Of a stretch of 64,000 bases of DNA, positions 26,170-37,913 are shown one piece after another (the first letter of the stretch is position 1; each line of letters opens with the position of its first letter). The position numbers were made by a program, and so were the translations under genes. The notes under the pieces were generated by a model. That model was not told the origin of the DNA. It saw only the letters and a list, made by a program, of their open reading frames with translations, and made no database searches. The stretch lies in assembly GCF_056746865.1 (NCBI RefSeq), contig NZ_CM163382.1. One strand, written 5' to 3'.

Positions 26170-27459
26170 TTAGCTGAACAGAGAGTAGAAGATTGCGGAG
26201 ATTGCAATCAGACCCATCACGACAACGAATACGTTGCTGATGTGACCGCTGTACTTACGCATTGCCGGTACTTTCTGAATTGCGTACATCGGCATCAGGA
26301 ACAGGATCATCGCGATGATTGGGCCGCCCAGGGTTTCAATCATACCCAGGATGCTCGGGTTCAGGGTGGCAACAATCCAGGTCGTTACCAGCATGAACAG
26401 CGCAGTGATACGGTTCAGCTTGTTGATTTCGATAGACTTACCTTTACCACGCAGAGATTTAATCACCATACCGTTGAAGCCTTCACGTGCGCCCAGGTAG
26501 TGGCCGAGGAAGGATTTGGTGATAGCGATAATCGCGATAATCGGAGCCATCCACGCGATAACCGGTGCGTTAAAGTGGTTAGCCAGGTAAGACAGAATCG
26601 AGATGTTCTGCTCTTTAGCCGCAGCCAGGTCTGCCGGAGTCAGGCTCAGTACGCAGCTGAATACGAAGAACATTACGGTCAGCACCATCATGATGTGTGC
26701 GAATGCCAGGATCTTCGAGCATTTCTGTTCTGCCATATCGCCGTACTCTTCACGCTTCGCAACAGCGAAAGAAGAGATGATCGGAGAGTGGTTGAACGAG
26801 AACACCATTACTGGAATTGCCAGCCACAGGGTCATCCACAGACCGTTTCCGGTTGCCGATGCAGTGTCCAGAGACAGCGTTTCCAGTGCTGCGCCGTTCC
26901 ACTGCGGGATCAGGTACAGAGCCAGCAGCATCAGTACGCCAACAAACGGGAATACCAGAATACTCATCGCTTTAACGATCATCTGCTCACCGAAGCGAAC
27001 GATGGTCATCATACCCACGATCAGGATCAGCGACAGAATCGCACGCGGCGGTGGTGTCATACCCAGCTGGTGAGACATGAAGCTTTCAACTGTATTGGTG
27101 ATTGCCACGCTATAAACCAGCAGGATCGGGTAGATAGCGAAGAAGTAGAGCAGGGTAATCAGTTTACCTGCGCCAATACCAAAGTGTTCTTCTACAACCT
27201 CGGTGATGTCTTCGCCTGGGTTTTTACCAGACAGTACGAAGCGAGTCAGGCCGCGGTGAGCAAAAAATGTCATCGGGAACGCAAGGATAGCCATGATGAT
27301 CAGCGGGATCATACCGCCAACACCGGCGTTGATTGGCAGGAACAGCACGCCCGCGCCGATTGCCGTGCCGTAAAGGCCCAGCATCCACATGGTGTCTGTC
27401 TTGCGCCAGGCACTACGAGAGTCTTTCGACGCAATCGTGCTGGTTTGAGTCGTTTCCAT
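26170..27459 (-). CDS. sdaC: Serine:H+ symporter (HAAAP family)
   Basis: 429-aa polytopic membrane ORF. Confidence 0.95.
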   Translation of the reverse strand: METTQTSTIASKDSRSAWRKTDTMWMLGLYGTAIGAGVLFLPINAGVGGMIPLIIMAILAFPMTFFAHRGLTRFVLSGKNPGEDITEVVEEHFGIGAGKLITLLYFFAIYPILLVYSVAITNTVESFMSHQLGMTPPPRAILSLILIVGMMTIVRFGEQMIVKAMSILVFPFVGVLMLLALYLIPQWNGAALETLSLDTASATGNGLWMTLWLAIPVMVFSFNHSPIISSFAVAKREEYGDMAEQKCSKILAFAHIMMVLTVMFFVFSCVLSLTPADLAAAKEQNISILSYLANHFNAPVIAWMAPIIAIIAITKSFLGHYLGAREGFNGMVIKSLRGKGKSIEINKLNRITALFMLVTTWIVATLNPSILGMIETLGGPIIAMILFLMPMYAIQKVPAMRKYSGHISNVFVVVMGLIAISAIFYSLFS

Positions 27460-28015
27460 CTATTTCTCCTGGAGGAATGCAAATAATTCAGCTTTTAGCC
27501 AGTTCAGCCCGGGAAGGTGCCTGACCGTAAAAATGAAATCTGTCTATCGGCGATGGCTTAATCATTTACCGCCGTAATAATTTGAGGGCGGAAAGATACA
27601 CACAAGTTATGTATCTATCAGTGATCTTGATCCCAAATACAATAATCTACTTGGAAGATAGATTATCCCAACGCTTTACTCTGTAAATCAAAAGTAAAAG
27701 AGAATTTAAGGGCAATATTTGCCCATTAAACGACATCTGACTTCTTCCGGGGCGCGCAATATATGTAGGTTGAACTGAAAAAATCAATACTTTTAGTTAA
27801 TCATGGCGATAATTTCTTTTTCATAGCGATAAAATGTGGTTTATGAAAATAGGGAAACGTTTGCGTTGCAATATAAATTGTATGACATATTAACTGTGAT
27901 GATATTTGTTGCGTGAGGGTGGTAAGAAACATTCATATAACAAATGAAATGAGTTGATGAGTAAGTGACCAAAAACGAGAAAACCCGGCAACAAACGTCA
28001 CCGGGGGAGGGGAGA

Positions 28016-29380
28016 TTACGTGCAGATTTCGTAGCAAGGGATGTAGGCTGAGCCTGGCAACTTCATACGATGCTGGGCAACAAAACCCTGTAGCAGGTCA
28101 TCCATACGACGCATAATCTCTTTATCGCCGTTGATTTTATAAGGACCAAACTCTTCAATGGCGCGAATACCGACTTCTTTTACGTTACCCGCCACAATAC
28201 CGGAGAACGCACGGCGCAGGTCGGCAGCCAGCACTTCAACGGGTTGATCCGGGTAAAGCTTCAGATTAGCCATATTCTCGTGAGACGGCTCAAACGGCAT
28301 TTGCAAATCTGGCGCAATGCGCATTGACCAGTTAAAGCTGTAGGCATCGCCTGTGTCGCGGCGATTTTCTTTCACCAGCGGCATCGATTTTTTCATCTGA
28401 CGAGCGACTTCAGCGGCGTCATCAATGATGATGCGGTAATGGCGGCGCGCGTTTTCACCCAACGTATGCACGACAAACTCGTCCAGTACGCGGAAGTAGT
28501 CGGCGCTCTCTTTCGGGCCGGTGAGGATCAATGGTAAAACCTGATCTTTGTTGGCCGGGTTCATTAAAATTCCCAGCAAATACAGCAACTCTTCTGCCGT
28601 ACCCACACCGCCAGGGAAGATAATGATACCGTGAGCGATACGGACAAACGCTTCCAGACGTTTTTCGATATCCGGCATGATGATCAATTCGTTGACCAGC
28701 GGGTTAGGCGGTTCAGCGGCGATAATCGACGGCTCTGTCATACCAATAAAACGACTGTCTTTGTAACGCTGCTGTGCGTGTCCGACCGCAGCGCCTTTCA
28801 TCGGCGCTTCCATCGCTCCCGGACCACAGCCGGTGCAGATATTCAGCTCACGCAGGCCCAGCTGATTCCCTACGCGACGGGCATACAAATACTCGTTTTC
28901 GTTAATTGAGTGCCCGCCCCAGCAGACCACCATATTTGGCGCTTCACCAACATGCAGCGCGCGAGCGTTACGCAAGATGGAAAAGACCAGGTTAGTGATG
29001 TGGACGGAGTTGTCGAGATTCAGGTTGGGAAAACGAACGGTGTTATGGATTTGCCCGTAAACGAAGAGAATGTCACGCAGAACCGCGAACAAGTTGGCCT
29101 GCAAAGCGCGAATAATTCGCCCATCGACAAAAGCCTCTTCCGGGGGATTAATCAGTTCCAGCTTTACGCCGCGTTCACGGCGCAGGACGTTAATATCGAA
29201 ATTTTCAAAACGAGACAGCAATTCTTTGCTGTTATCGGTCAAACTACCGGAGTTCAGTACGGCAAGTGAACAGTTGCGAAACAGTTGATAGAGGTCGCTG
29301 CTGGCGGTGCGTTTAAGCATATCCACTTCCAGCTGCGACAACATATCCATGGAGCCAAGCGGGCTAATATGTGTAATCAA
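28016..29380 (-). CDS. ppnN: Nucleotide 5'-monophosphate nucleosidase PpnN (LOG family; formerly YgdH)
   Basis: 454-aa ORF with LOG-type PGGxGTxEE motif ([10 protein letters not shown]). Confidence 0.9.
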
Positions 29381-29491
29381 GAAAAACTCCTTATGGGACG
29401 AATATCGTCATTCCCTTTGATTACAATAGCCCTGCCTGATGACCTTTCACAACCTTCTGCGTGAATCCAGCACGCAAAATTGAGAAAAAAT

Positions 29492-30340
29492 TTATTGCCG
29501 AACCAGTCTTGTGGTCGATGGGACAAAATCGCTATTACTGCGCCACGGGTTAATGTCCAGACCGCCACGACGGGTATAACGTGCGTAAACGCTCAATTTC
29601 TCTGGCTGGCAGAAGCGTAACAGGTCATTAAAGATGCGTTCCACGCACTGTTCGTGGAACTCGTTGTGATGACGGAAAGAAACCAGGTAACGCAGCAGTT
29701 TTTCTCTGTCAATTTGGCGTCCACGATACTGAATTTGGATCGATCCCCAATCTGGTTGATGGGTGATCAGGCAATTTGATTTCAGCAGGTGGCTGACGAG
29801 CGTCTCTTCTACTACTTTTTCTCCACTGGTGGCATTCTCCAGATAGTCAGTAGTGAATTCATAGTTATCGATAGTGATATCCTGGTCATCAATGCAAGTG
29901 CCATTGAAATGACCTATCGGTTGGCCTTCCAGTTCATCAAGACGATATAACGCCACGCTAACCTTACCCTGAGCGCAAGTGCTTAAGTCGCGCTCCAGCG
30001 TCTGGCGCACCTCATCCCAGTTATTAAAACGCGTCTGGTTAAAACTGTTGAGATAGAGCTTAAAACTCTTCGACTCAATCAGATTTGCGCTGGTGTAATC
30101 AAGTTCAACATGACCGACGGCGACCTGCGGCAAACCTTTCGCATTCAGCCAGGAAAGTTCATATAGCGTCCAGATATCCGTACCGTGAAAAGGCAGGTTA
30201 TCCGCTTTCAGACCCAGCGGATCGCGATTCAGACTACGCGGAACGCCTTGCAGTAGGCTGGCGTCATAGGTATCCCGGTAATCGGTTGATTTTCCAAGAG
30301 TCAGGCCCGCAAGTACCTGATGGTTTGCATAAGAAGACAT
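29492..30340 (-). CDS. queF: NADPH-dependent 7-cyano-7-deazaguanine (preQ0) reductase
   Basis: 282-aa ORF, two-domain QueF type. Confidence 0.9.
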   Translation of the reverse strand: MSSYANHQVLAGLTLGKSTDYRDTYDASLLQGVPRSLNRDPLGLKADNLPFHGTDIWTLYELSWLNAKGLPQVAVGHVELDYTSANLIESKSFKLYLNSFNQTRFNNWDEVRQTLERDLSTCAQGKVSVALYRLDELEGQPIGHFNGTCIDDQDITIDNYEFTTDYLENATSGEKVVEETLVSHLLKSNCLITHQPDWGSIQIQYRGRQIDREKLLRYLVSFRHHNEFHEQCVERIFNDLLRFCQPEKLSVYARYTRRGGLDINPWRSNSDFVPSTTRLVRQ

Positions 30341-30407
30341 GTTTCACCGTCATAAACCAGATAAACTAAACGACAAGTGTATCTGGTTTAAGTGAAGAGA
30401 GAAATTA

Positions 30408-30953
30408 GTGGACGATTTGACCGCACAAGCCCTGAAAGATTTTACTGCACGCTACTGCGATGCGTGGCATGAAGAGCATAAAAGCTGGCCGTTGAGTGAG
30501 GAACTGTACGGCGTTCCTTCACCGTGCATTATTTCAACCACCGAAGACGCCGTATACTGGCAACCCCAGCCGTTTACCGGGGAACAAAATGTAAACGCGG
30601 TTGAACGCGCTTTTGATATTGTGATACAACCCACAATTCATACCTTTTATACGACTCAGTTTGCCGGGGATATGCACGCGCAGTTTGGCGATATTAAACT
30701 GACATTGCTGCAAACCTGGAGTGAAGACGACTTCCGTCGGGTGCAGGAAAATCTGATTGGTCATCTGGTGACTCAGAAAAGGCTAAAATTGCCGCCCACG
30801 CTATTTATCGCGACGCTGGAAGAAGAGTTAGAGGTGATCTCGGTGTGTAATCTCTCCGGTGAAGTGTGTAAAGAGACGCTGGGAACACGTAAACGGGCGC
30901 ATTTAGCCTCAAATCTTGCGGAATTCCTTAATCAACTTAAGCCTCTTCTGTAA
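30408..30953 (+). CDS. syd: SecY-interacting protein Syd
   Basis: 181-aa ORF. Confidence 0.9.
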   Translation: MDDLTAQALKDFTARYCDAWHEEHKSWPLSEELYGVPSPCIISTTEDAVYWQPQPFTGEQNVNAVERAFDIVIQPTIHTFYTTQFAGDMHAQFGDIKLTLLQTWSEDDFRRVQENLIGHLVTQKRLKLPPTLFIATLEEELEVISVCNLSGEVCKETLGTRKRAHLASNLAEFLNQLKPLL

Positions 30954-30972
30954 TCCAAATACCCCATTTGGT

Positions 30973-30990
30973 TGTGAGAGATCTCTTACA
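30973..30990. promoter_or_regulatory. UvrY (BarA/UvrY two-component) binding box upstream of csrB
   Basis: Perfect 18-bp palindrome TGTGAGAGATCTCTTACA about 175 bp upstream of the csrB 5' end. Confidence 0.6.
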
Positions 30991-31163
30991 GACTCTGTAG
31001 GAGATCGCCAGGAAATAAGCGAATACTTAAAAAGATAAGAATCGTTATTTTCATTTAAAATCAATATATTGCTTGTTAATCCTTAACTTTCATATGAAAT
31101 TTTCCTTAAGGCATTGTCTGTAAGCGCCTTGTAAGACTTCGCGAAAAAGACGATTCTATCTTC

Positions 31164-31530
31164 GTCGACAGGGAGTCAGACAACGAAGTGAACATCAGGA
31201 TGATGACACTTCTGAAGGACACACCAGGATGGTGTTTCAGGGAAAGGCTTCTGGATGAAGCGAAGAGGATGACGCAGGACGCGTTAAAGGACACCTCCAG
31301 GATGGAGAATGAGAACCGGTCAGGATGATTCGGTGGGTCAGGAAGGCCAGGGACACTTCAGGATGAAGTATCACATCGGGGTGGTGTGAGCAGGAAGCAA
31401 TAGTTCAGGATGAACGATTGGCCGCAAGGCCAGAGGAAAAGTTGTCAAGGATGAGCAGGGAGCAACAAAAGTAGCTGGAATGCTGCGAAACGAACCGGGA
31501 GCACTGTGAATACAGTGCTCCCTTTTTTTA
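31164..31530 (+). ncRNA. csrB: CsrB sRNA (CsrA-sequestering RNA)
   Basis: Begins GTCGACAGGGAGTCAGACAACGAAGTGAACATCAGGATGATG; many CAGGAUG/AGGA-type CsrA-binding motifs throughout; ends with a rho-independent terminator. Confidence 0.9.
31497..31529 (+). terminator. csrB rho-independent terminator
   Basis: gggagcactg-tgaata-cagtgctccc hairpin followed by TTTTTTT. Confidence 0.85.
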
Positions 31531-31574
31531 TTCCTGCTATTCTTCGCGGCAGTTTTTCTTATTGAGGTTGCTTT

Positions 31575-31904
31575 ATGACCACTCATGACCGCGTTCGTCT
31601 CCAGTTGCAGGCGCTTGAAGCGTTACTGCGTGAACATCAGCACTGGCGAAACGATGAACCCCAGCCGCATCAATTTAATAGTACCCAACCGTTCTTTATG
31701 GACACCATGGAACCACTGGAGTGGTTGCAGTGGGTGCTGATCCCGCGAATGCACGATTTGTTAGAAAACAACCAGCCGTTACCGGGCGCTTTTGCCGTTG
31801 CTCCCTATTATGAAATGGCGCTGGCGACGGACCACCCGCAACGCGCGCTTATTCTGGCTGAGCTGGAAAAACTGGATGCTCTTTTTGCGGATGATGCGAG
31901 CTAA
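31575..31904 (+). CDS. yqcC: DUF446 family protein
   Basis: 109-aa ORF; stop overlaps the truC start. Confidence 0.85.
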   Translation: MTTHDRVRLQLQALEALLREHQHWRNDEPQPHQFNSTQPFFMDTMEPLEWLQWVLIPRMHDLLENNQPLPGAFAVAPYYEMALATDHPQRALILAELEKLDALFADDAS

Positions 31905-32686
31905 TGCTGGAAATACTCTATCAGGATGAATGGCTGGTTGCGGTAAATAAACCCTCCGGCTGGCTGGTTCACCGCAGCTGGCTGGATCGCGACGAGAAAG
32001 TAGTGGTCATGCAAACCGTGCGTGACCAGATAGGCCAGCATGTGTTTACTGCTCATCGTCTGGACCGACCAACTTCTGGTGTGTTGTTGATGGGATTATC
32101 CAGCGAGGCCGGACGGCTGCTGGCACAACAGTTTGAACAGCACCAAATCCAGAAACGTTACCATGCGATTGTGCGCGGCTGGTTGATGGAAGAAGCAGTT
32201 CTGGATTATCCACTGGTGGAAGAACTGGACAAAATCGCTGATAAATTTGCCCGCGAAGATAAAGGCCCACAGCCAGCAGTGACGCATTATCGCGGTCTGG
32301 CGACCGTAGAAATGCCGGTAGCGACCGGACGTTACCCGACCACGCGCTACGGCCTGGTGGAACTGGAGCCGAAAACCGGACGCAAGCACCAGCTCCGTCG
32401 CCATCTTGCCCATTTGCGCCACCCGATTATTGGCGACAGCAAACATGGTGATTTACGCCAGAATCGCAGCGGTGCTGAACATTTTGGCCTTCAGCGGTTA
32501 ATGTTGCATGCCAGTCAGTTGTCATTGACGCATCCTTTTACTGGCGAGCCGCTGACTATTCACGCGGGCCTGGACGACACCTGGATGCAGGCGTTATCAC
32601 AATTTGGCTGGCGCGGTCTGCTTCCTGAAAATGAAAGGGTTGAGTTCAGTGCGCCATCGGGTCAGGATGGAGAGATAAGTTCCTAA
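31904..32686 (+). CDS. truC: tRNA pseudouridine(65) synthase
   Basis: 260-aa ORF, RluA-family pseudouridine synthase. Confidence 0.9.
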   Translation: MLEILYQDEWLVAVNKPSGWLVHRSWLDRDEKVVVMQTVRDQIGQHVFTAHRLDRPTSGVLLMGLSSEAGRLLAQQFEQHQIQKRYHAIVRGWLMEEAVLDYPLVEELDKIADKFAREDKGPQPAVTHYRGLATVEMPVATGRYPTTRYGLVELEPKTGRKHQLRRHLAHLRHPIIGDSKHGDLRQNRSGAEHFGLQRLMLHASQLSLTHPFTGEPLTIHAGLDDTWMQALSQFGWRGLLPENERVEFSAPSGQDGEISS

Positions 32687-32703
32687 TCCAGGGAGAAAAC
32701 GGT

Positions 32704-33153
32704 ATGGCGGAAATTGGTATTTTTGTCGGCACCATGTACGGAAATTCGCTGTTAGTGGCGGAAGAAGCAGAAGCAATTCTGACCGCACAGGGCCACAAAG
32801 CAACGGTATTTGAAGATCCTGAATTAAGCGACTGGCTGCCCTATCAGGATAAGTATGTTCTGGTGGTTACGTCCACGACCGGGCAGGGCGACCTTCCTGA
32901 TAGCATTGTGCCGCTCTTTCAGGGAATCAAAGATACCCTGGGCTTCCAGCCGAATCTGCGTTATGGCGTGATTGCGCTCGGCGACAGTAGTTATGTGAAT
33001 TTCTGCAATGGCGGCAAACAGTTCGATGCCTTGTTGCAGGAACAGAGCGCTCAGCGAGTGGGAGAAATGCTGTTGATTGACGCCAGTGAGAACCCGGAAC
33101 CGGAAACGGAATCAAATCCGTGGGTCGAACATTGGGGCACGCTGTTGTCCTGA
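32704..33153 (+). CDS. yqcA: Flavodoxin-like protein
   Basis: 149-aa ORF with flavodoxin motif TSTTGQG. Confidence 0.9.
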   Translation: MAEIGIFVGTMYGNSLLVAEEAEAILTAQGHKATVFEDPELSDWLPYQDKYVLVVTSTTGQGDLPDSIVPLFQGIKDTLGFQPNLRYGVIALGDSSYVNFCNGGKQFDALLQEQSAQRVGEMLLIDASENPEPETESNPWVEHWGTLLS

Positions 33154-33162
33154 TACGTTCAG

Positions 33163-33228
33163 CGAGCGGTAAATGCCGTTTTAGCGGTGTAAATGCCGTT
33201 TTAGCGGTGTAAATGCCGTTTTAGCGGT
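33163..33228. repeat. Tandem direct repeat, 20-bp unit gtaaatgccgttttagcggt, 3 full copies plus a partial
   Basis: Exact copies at 33169-33188, 33189-33208 and 33209-33228, preceded by a partial agcggt. Confidence 0.85.
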
Positions 33229-33627
33229 GCTGAATCGAATCTTTTCAGGCAAATGCCAGTAAAAACTGCTTCATAGCGCGGATTTTTACTGGCGTTTGCC
33301 TGGAGTCAAGCGATCCATTTCATACTCTTCTTTATTTCTTCGTTTTAACCCTTCCTTTCTTGTTCTTGTTTTCATTTCCGTGAAGTGGATTCCACCGTCC
33401 AGGGCTAATGCCAAAATTGGGCCTCATTGAACGCATTAATGTTGTGTTGTTGCACGGTGAGCCGCTATGGCGCGCTTTTTATACTGCTATTGCCAGATAT
33501 AAACACGCGCCGTATTCGGCGAACGACCTATAAAAACGGCAAAAAACACCCTACGTCACCTCTGATTTCCTGGCGATGTCGCAGTCCAGAGTGAGCGTGG
33601 CTAACGCGAATTTTCAGGAGTGCAACA

Positions 33628-34980
33628 ATGAGTTCTTTAAGTCAGGCTGCGAGCAGTGTGGAAAAACGCACGAATGCTCGTTACTGGATAGTGGTGATGT
33701 TGTTTATCGTCACATCCTTCAACTACGGCGACCGCGCTACGCTTTCTATTGCCGGTTCGGAAATGGCCAAAGATATCGGCCTTGATCCCGTGGGAATGGG
33801 CTATGTGTTCTCTGCCTTCTCATGGGCTTATGTTATCGGGCAGATCCCTGGTGGTTGGTTGCTGGATCGTTTTGGTTCAAAACGCGTCTACTTCTGGTCG
33901 ATCTTTATCTGGTCGATGTTTACCTTGCTGCAAGGCTTCGTCGATATCTTTAGTGGATTCGGCATTATCGTTGCCCTGTTTACGCTGCGCTTCCTGGTCG
34001 GGCTTGCTGAAGCGCCATCTTTCCCCGGCAACAGTCGCATTGTTGCGGCCTGGTTTCCGGCGCAGGAAAGGGGAACGGCGGTGTCGATTTTTAACTCCGC
34101 TCAATACTTCGCAACGGTGATCTTCGCGCCGATTATGGGCTGGCTGACGCATGAAGTGGGCTGGTCACACGTCTTCTTCTTTATGGGCGGTCTGGGGATT
34201 GTCATCAGCTTTATCTGGTTGAAAGTCATCCACGAGCCAAATCAACATCCGGGGGTAAATCAGAAAGAGCTGGAGTACATCGCCGCGGGTGGCGCGCTGA
34301 TCAATATGGATCAGCAAAACACCAAAGTTAAAGTGCCGTTCAGCGTGAAGTGGGGGCAGATCAAACAACTGCTCGGGTCACGGATGATGATCGGCGTTTA
34401 TATCGGTCAGTACTGTATCAACGCCCTGACTTACTTCTTTATTACCTGGTTCCCGGTTTATCTGGTGCAGGCGCGTGGGATGTCGATTCTGAAAGCGGGC
34501 TTTGTGGCTTCCGTTCCGGCGGTTTGCGGTTTTATCGGCGGTGTGCTGGGTGGGATTATTTCCGACTGGCTGATGCGCCGCACGGGATCGCTGAACATTG
34601 CGCGTAAAACACCGATCGTAATGGGCATGTTGCTGTCGATGGTGATGGTGTTCTGCAACTACGTCAACGTTGAGTGGATGATCATCGGCTTTATGGCGCT
34701 GGCCTTCTTCGGTAAGGGCATCGGGGCGCTGGGTTGGGCAGTAATGGCAGATACCGCGCCAAAAGAGATCAGCGGTCTTTCCGGTGGCCTGTTCAACATG
34801 TTCGGTAACATTTCTGGCATCGTCACGCCAATCGCAATTGGTTATATCGTTGGCACGACTGGCTCCTTTAATGGGGCGCTGATTTATGTTGGTGTTCATG
34901 CCTTAATCGCGGTACTGAGCTACCTGGTGCTGGTGGGCGATATCAAGCGTATCGAGCTGAAACCTGTCGCGGGGCAATAA
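33628..34980 (+). CDS. gudP: Glucarate/galactarate transporter (MFS)
   Basis: 450-aa polytopic membrane ORF. Confidence 0.9.
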   Translation: MSSLSQAASSVEKRTNARYWIVVMLFIVTSFNYGDRATLSIAGSEMAKDIGLDPVGMGYVFSAFSWAYVIGQIPGGWLLDRFGSKRVYFWSIFIWSMFTLLQGFVDIFSGFGIIVALFTLRFLVGLAEAPSFPGNSRIVAAWFPAQERGTAVSIFNSAQYFATVIFAPIMGWLTHEVGWSHVFFFMGGLGIVISFIWLKVIHEPNQHPGVNQKELEYIAAGGALINMDQQNTKVKVPFSVKWGQIKQLLGSRMMIGVYIGQYCINALTYFFITWFPVYLVQARGMSILKAGFVASVPAVCGFIGGVLGGIISDWLMRRTGSLNIARKTPIVMGMLLSMVMVFCNYVNVEWMIIGFMALAFFGKGIGALGWAVMADTAPKEISGLSGGLFNMFGNISGIVTPIAIGYIVGTTGSFNGALIYVGVHALIAVLSYLVLVGDIKRIELKPVAGQ

Positions 34981-34981
34981 G

Positions 34982-36322
34982 ATGACGACACAATCCAGTC
35001 CTGTTATTACTGATATGAAAGTCATTCCGGTCGCCGGGCACGATAGCATGTTGCTTAATATTGGTGGGGCGCATAACGCATATTTCACTCGCAATATTGT
35101 GGTACTCACCGATAACGCCGGGCATACCGGCATTGGTGAAGCGCCAGGCGGAGAGGTGATTTATCAGACATTGGTCGATGCTATTCCGATGGTGCTGGGC
35201 CAGGAAGTTGCGCGCCTGAATAAAGTGGTTCAGCAGGTGCATAAAGGTAATCAGGCAGCCGATTTTGATACCTTCGGCAAAGGTGCCTGGACTTTTGAAT
35301 TGCGCGTTAATGCCGTGGCGGCGCTGGAAGCCGCCTTGCTTGACCTGCTAGGTAAGGCGCTGAATGTTCCGGTCTGCGAACTGTTGGGGCCAGGCAAGCA
35401 ACGCGAGGCTATTACCGTCCTCGGTTATCTGTTTTATATCGGTGATCGGACCAAAACCGATCTTCCTTATCTGGAAAATACGCCGGGCAACCATGAGTGG
35501 TATCAATTGCGGCATCAGAAAGCGATGAACAGCGAAGCCGTTGTGCGTCTGGCGGAAGCTTCACAGGATCGCTATGGCTTTAAAGATTTCAAACTTAAGG
35601 GCGGGGTGTTACCTGGCGAGCAAGAAATCGACACTGTTCGTGCATTGAAGAAACGCTTCCCGGATGCGCGAATTACCGTTGATCCCAACGGTGCATGGCT
35701 GCTTGATGAAGCAATTTCTCTGTGCAAAGGGCTGAATGATGTTCTCACCTATGCTGAAGATCCATGCGGCGCTGAGCAGGGTTTCTCCGGTCGTGAAGTG
35801 ATGGCTGAGTTTCGACGGGCGACCGGCCTGCCCGTCGCGACCAACATGATTGCCACCAACTGGCGCGAAATGGGCCATGCGGTAATGCTTAATGCGGTGG
35901 ATATTCCACTTGCCGATCCGCATTTCTGGACGCTTTCCGGTGCAGTCCGCGTAGCGCAGCTTTGCGACGACTGGGGGCTGACCTGGGGCTGCCATTCCAA
36001 TAACCACTTTGATATCTCTCTGGCGATGTTTACCCATGTGGGTGCGGCGGCACCGGGTAATCCTACCGCTATCGATACCCACTGGATTTGGCAGGAGGGC
36101 GATTGTCGCCTGACCAAAAATCCGCTGGAGATTAAAAACGGAAAAATTGCCGTTCCTGATGCGCCCGGTCTGGGCGTGGAACTGGACTGGGAGCAGGTAC
36201 AAAAGGCGCATGAGGCCTATAAACGTCTGCCTGGCGGTGCGCGTAACGACGCGGGCCCGATGCAGTACCTGATCCCCGGCTGGACCTTTGACCGTAAACG
36301 TCCCGTTTTCGGCCGTCATTGA
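34982..36322 (+). CDS. gudX: Glucarate dehydratase-related protein (enolase superfamily)
   Basis: 446-aa ORF, paralogous to the downstream gudD. Confidence 0.9.
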   Translation: MTTQSSPVITDMKVIPVAGHDSMLLNIGGAHNAYFTRNIVVLTDNAGHTGIGEAPGGEVIYQTLVDAIPMVLGQEVARLNKVVQQVHKGNQAADFDTFGKGAWTFELRVNAVAALEAALLDLLGKALNVPVCELLGPGKQREAITVLGYLFYIGDRTKTDLPYLENTPGNHEWYQLRHQKAMNSEAVVRLAEASQDRYGFKDFKLKGGVLPGEQEIDTVRALKKRFPDARITVDPNGAWLLDEAISLCKGLNDVLTYAEDPCGAEQGFSGREVMAEFRRATGLPVATNMIATNWREMGHAVMLNAVDIPLADPHFWTLSGAVRVAQLCDDWGLTWGCHSNNHFDISLAMFTHVGAAAPGNPTAIDTHWIWQEGDCRLTKNPLEIKNGKIAVPDAPGLGVELDWEQVQKAHEAYKRLPGGARNDAGPMQYLIPGWTFDRKRPVFGRH

Positions 36323-36342
36323 TTTTGAAAAAGGACATAAAT

Positions 36343-37683
36343 ATGAGTTCTCAATTTACGACGCCTGTTGTTACTGAAATGCAGGTCATCCCGGTGGCGG
36401 GCCATGACAGTATGCTGATGAATCTGAGTGGTGCACACGCACCGTTCTTCACGCGTAATATTGTGATTATCAAAGATAATTCTGGTCACACTGGCGTAGG
36501 GGAAATTCCCGGCGGCGAGAAAATCCGTAAAACGCTGGAAGATGCGATTCCGCTGGTGGTGGGTAAAACGCTGGGTGAATACAAAAACGTTCTGACGCTG
36601 GTGCGTAATACATTTGCCGATCGTGATGCCGGCGGGCGCGGTTTGCAGACATTTGACCTGCGGACCACTATTCATGTGGTTACCGGGATAGAAGCGGCAA
36701 TGCTGGATCTGCTGGGGCAGCATCTGGGGGTTAACGTGGCATCGCTGCTGGGCGATGGTCAACAGCGTAGCGAAGTCGAAATGCTCGGTTATCTGTTCTT
36801 CGTCGGTAATCGCAAAGCCACACCGCTGCCGTATCAAAGCCAGCCGGATGATAAATGTGACTGGTATCGCCTGCGTCACGAAGAAGCGATGACGCCGGAT
36901 GCGGTGGTGCGCCTGGCGGAAGCGGCATATGAAAAATATGGCTTCAACGATTTCAAACTGAAGGGCGGTGTACTGGCCGGGGAAGAAGAAGCAGAATCTA
37001 TTGTGGCACTGGCGCAACGCTTCCCACAGGCGCGTATTACCCTCGATCCTAACGGTGCCTGGTCGCTGAACGAGGCGATTAAAATTGGTAAATACCTGAA
37101 AGGTTCGCTGGCTTATGCAGAAGATCCGTGTGGTGCGGAGCAAGGTTTCTCCGGGCGTGAAGTGATGGCAGAGTTCCGTCGCGCGACAGGTCTGCCGACT
37201 GCAACCAATATGATCGCCACCGACTGGCGGCAGATGGGCCATACGCTCTCCCTGCAATCCGTTGATATCCCGCTGGCGGATCCGCATTTCTGGACGATGC
37301 AAGGTTCGGTACGTGTGGCGCAAATGTGCCATGAATTTGGCCTGACCTGGGGTTCACACTCTAACAATCATTTCGATATTTCCCTGGCGATGTTTACCCA
37401 CGTTGCCGCTGCTGCACCGGGTAAAATTACTGCTATTGATACGCACTGGATCTGGCAGGAAGGCAATCAGCGTCTGACCAAAGAACCGTTTGAGATCAAA
37501 GGCGGGCTGGTACAGGTGCCGCAAAAACCAGGATTGGGCGTAGAAATCGATATGGATCAGGTGATGAAAGCCCACGAGCTGTATCAGAAACATGGGCTTG
37601 GTGCGCGTGACGATGCGATGGGAATGCAGTACCTGATTCCTGGCTGGACGTTTGATAACAAGCGCCCGTGCATGGTGCGTTAA
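36343..37683 (+). CDS. gudD: Glucarate dehydratase
   Basis: Track ORF 36319..37683; start taken at the ATG at 36343 ([15 protein letters not shown]). Confidence 0.9.
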   Translation: MSSQFTTPVVTEMQVIPVAGHDSMLMNLSGAHAPFFTRNIVIIKDNSGHTGVGEIPGGEKIRKTLEDAIPLVVGKTLGEYKNVLTLVRNTFADRDAGGRGLQTFDLRTTIHVVTGIEAAMLDLLGQHLGVNVASLLGDGQQRSEVEMLGYLFFVGNRKATPLPYQSQPDDKCDWYRLRHEEAMTPDAVVRLAEAAYEKYGFNDFKLKGGVLAGEEEAESIVALAQRFPQARITLDPNGAWSLNEAIKIGKYLKGSLAYAEDPCGAEQGFSGREVMAEFRRATGLPTATNMIATDWRQMGHTLSLQSVDIPLADPHFWTMQGSVRVAQMCHEFGLTWGSHSNNHFDISLAMFTHVAAAAPGKITAIDTHWIWQEGNQRLTKEPFEIKGGLVQVPQKPGLGVEIDMDQVMKAHELYQKHGLGARDDAMGMQYLIPGWTFDNKRPCMVR

Positions 37684-37694
37684 GACAGAAAACC

Positions 37695-37721
37695 AAAACC
37701 GGCTCTTTCAGGAGCCGGTTT
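37695..37721. terminator. Hairpin terminator between convergent gudD and barA
   Basis: aaaa-ccggctc-tttcag-gagccgg-ttt. Confidence 0.5.
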
Positions 37722-37805
37722 GAGACTGATGCCAAACGCAAAATTGCCTGTTGCGCTACGTATCAGGCCAACATACTTTTTAATTCATTGAATTTAATTG
37801 GTTTT

Positions 37806-37840
37806 GTAGGCCGGATAAGGCGTTAACGCCGCATCCGGCA
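37806..37840. repeat. REP element
   Basis: gtaggccggataaggcgttaacgccgcatccggca palindrome. Confidence 0.5.
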
Positions 37841-37913
37841 TAAACACAGGCACCTTGTCACCAATCTGAAACCAGCGTCATAAAAAGCCGATTGCTACTC
37901 GACAAGACGTCCA

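Noticed and set aside
33397-33412. Shared 12-mer tccagggctaat between the gudP upstream region and the queE-CRISPR spacer region (about 53031)
   Set aside because: A single 12-mer match in a 64-kb window is expected by chance many times over.
36316-37332. 338-aa minus-strand ORF, plus 35609..36319
   Set aside because: Antisense to gudD and gudX, which are clearly recognisable.
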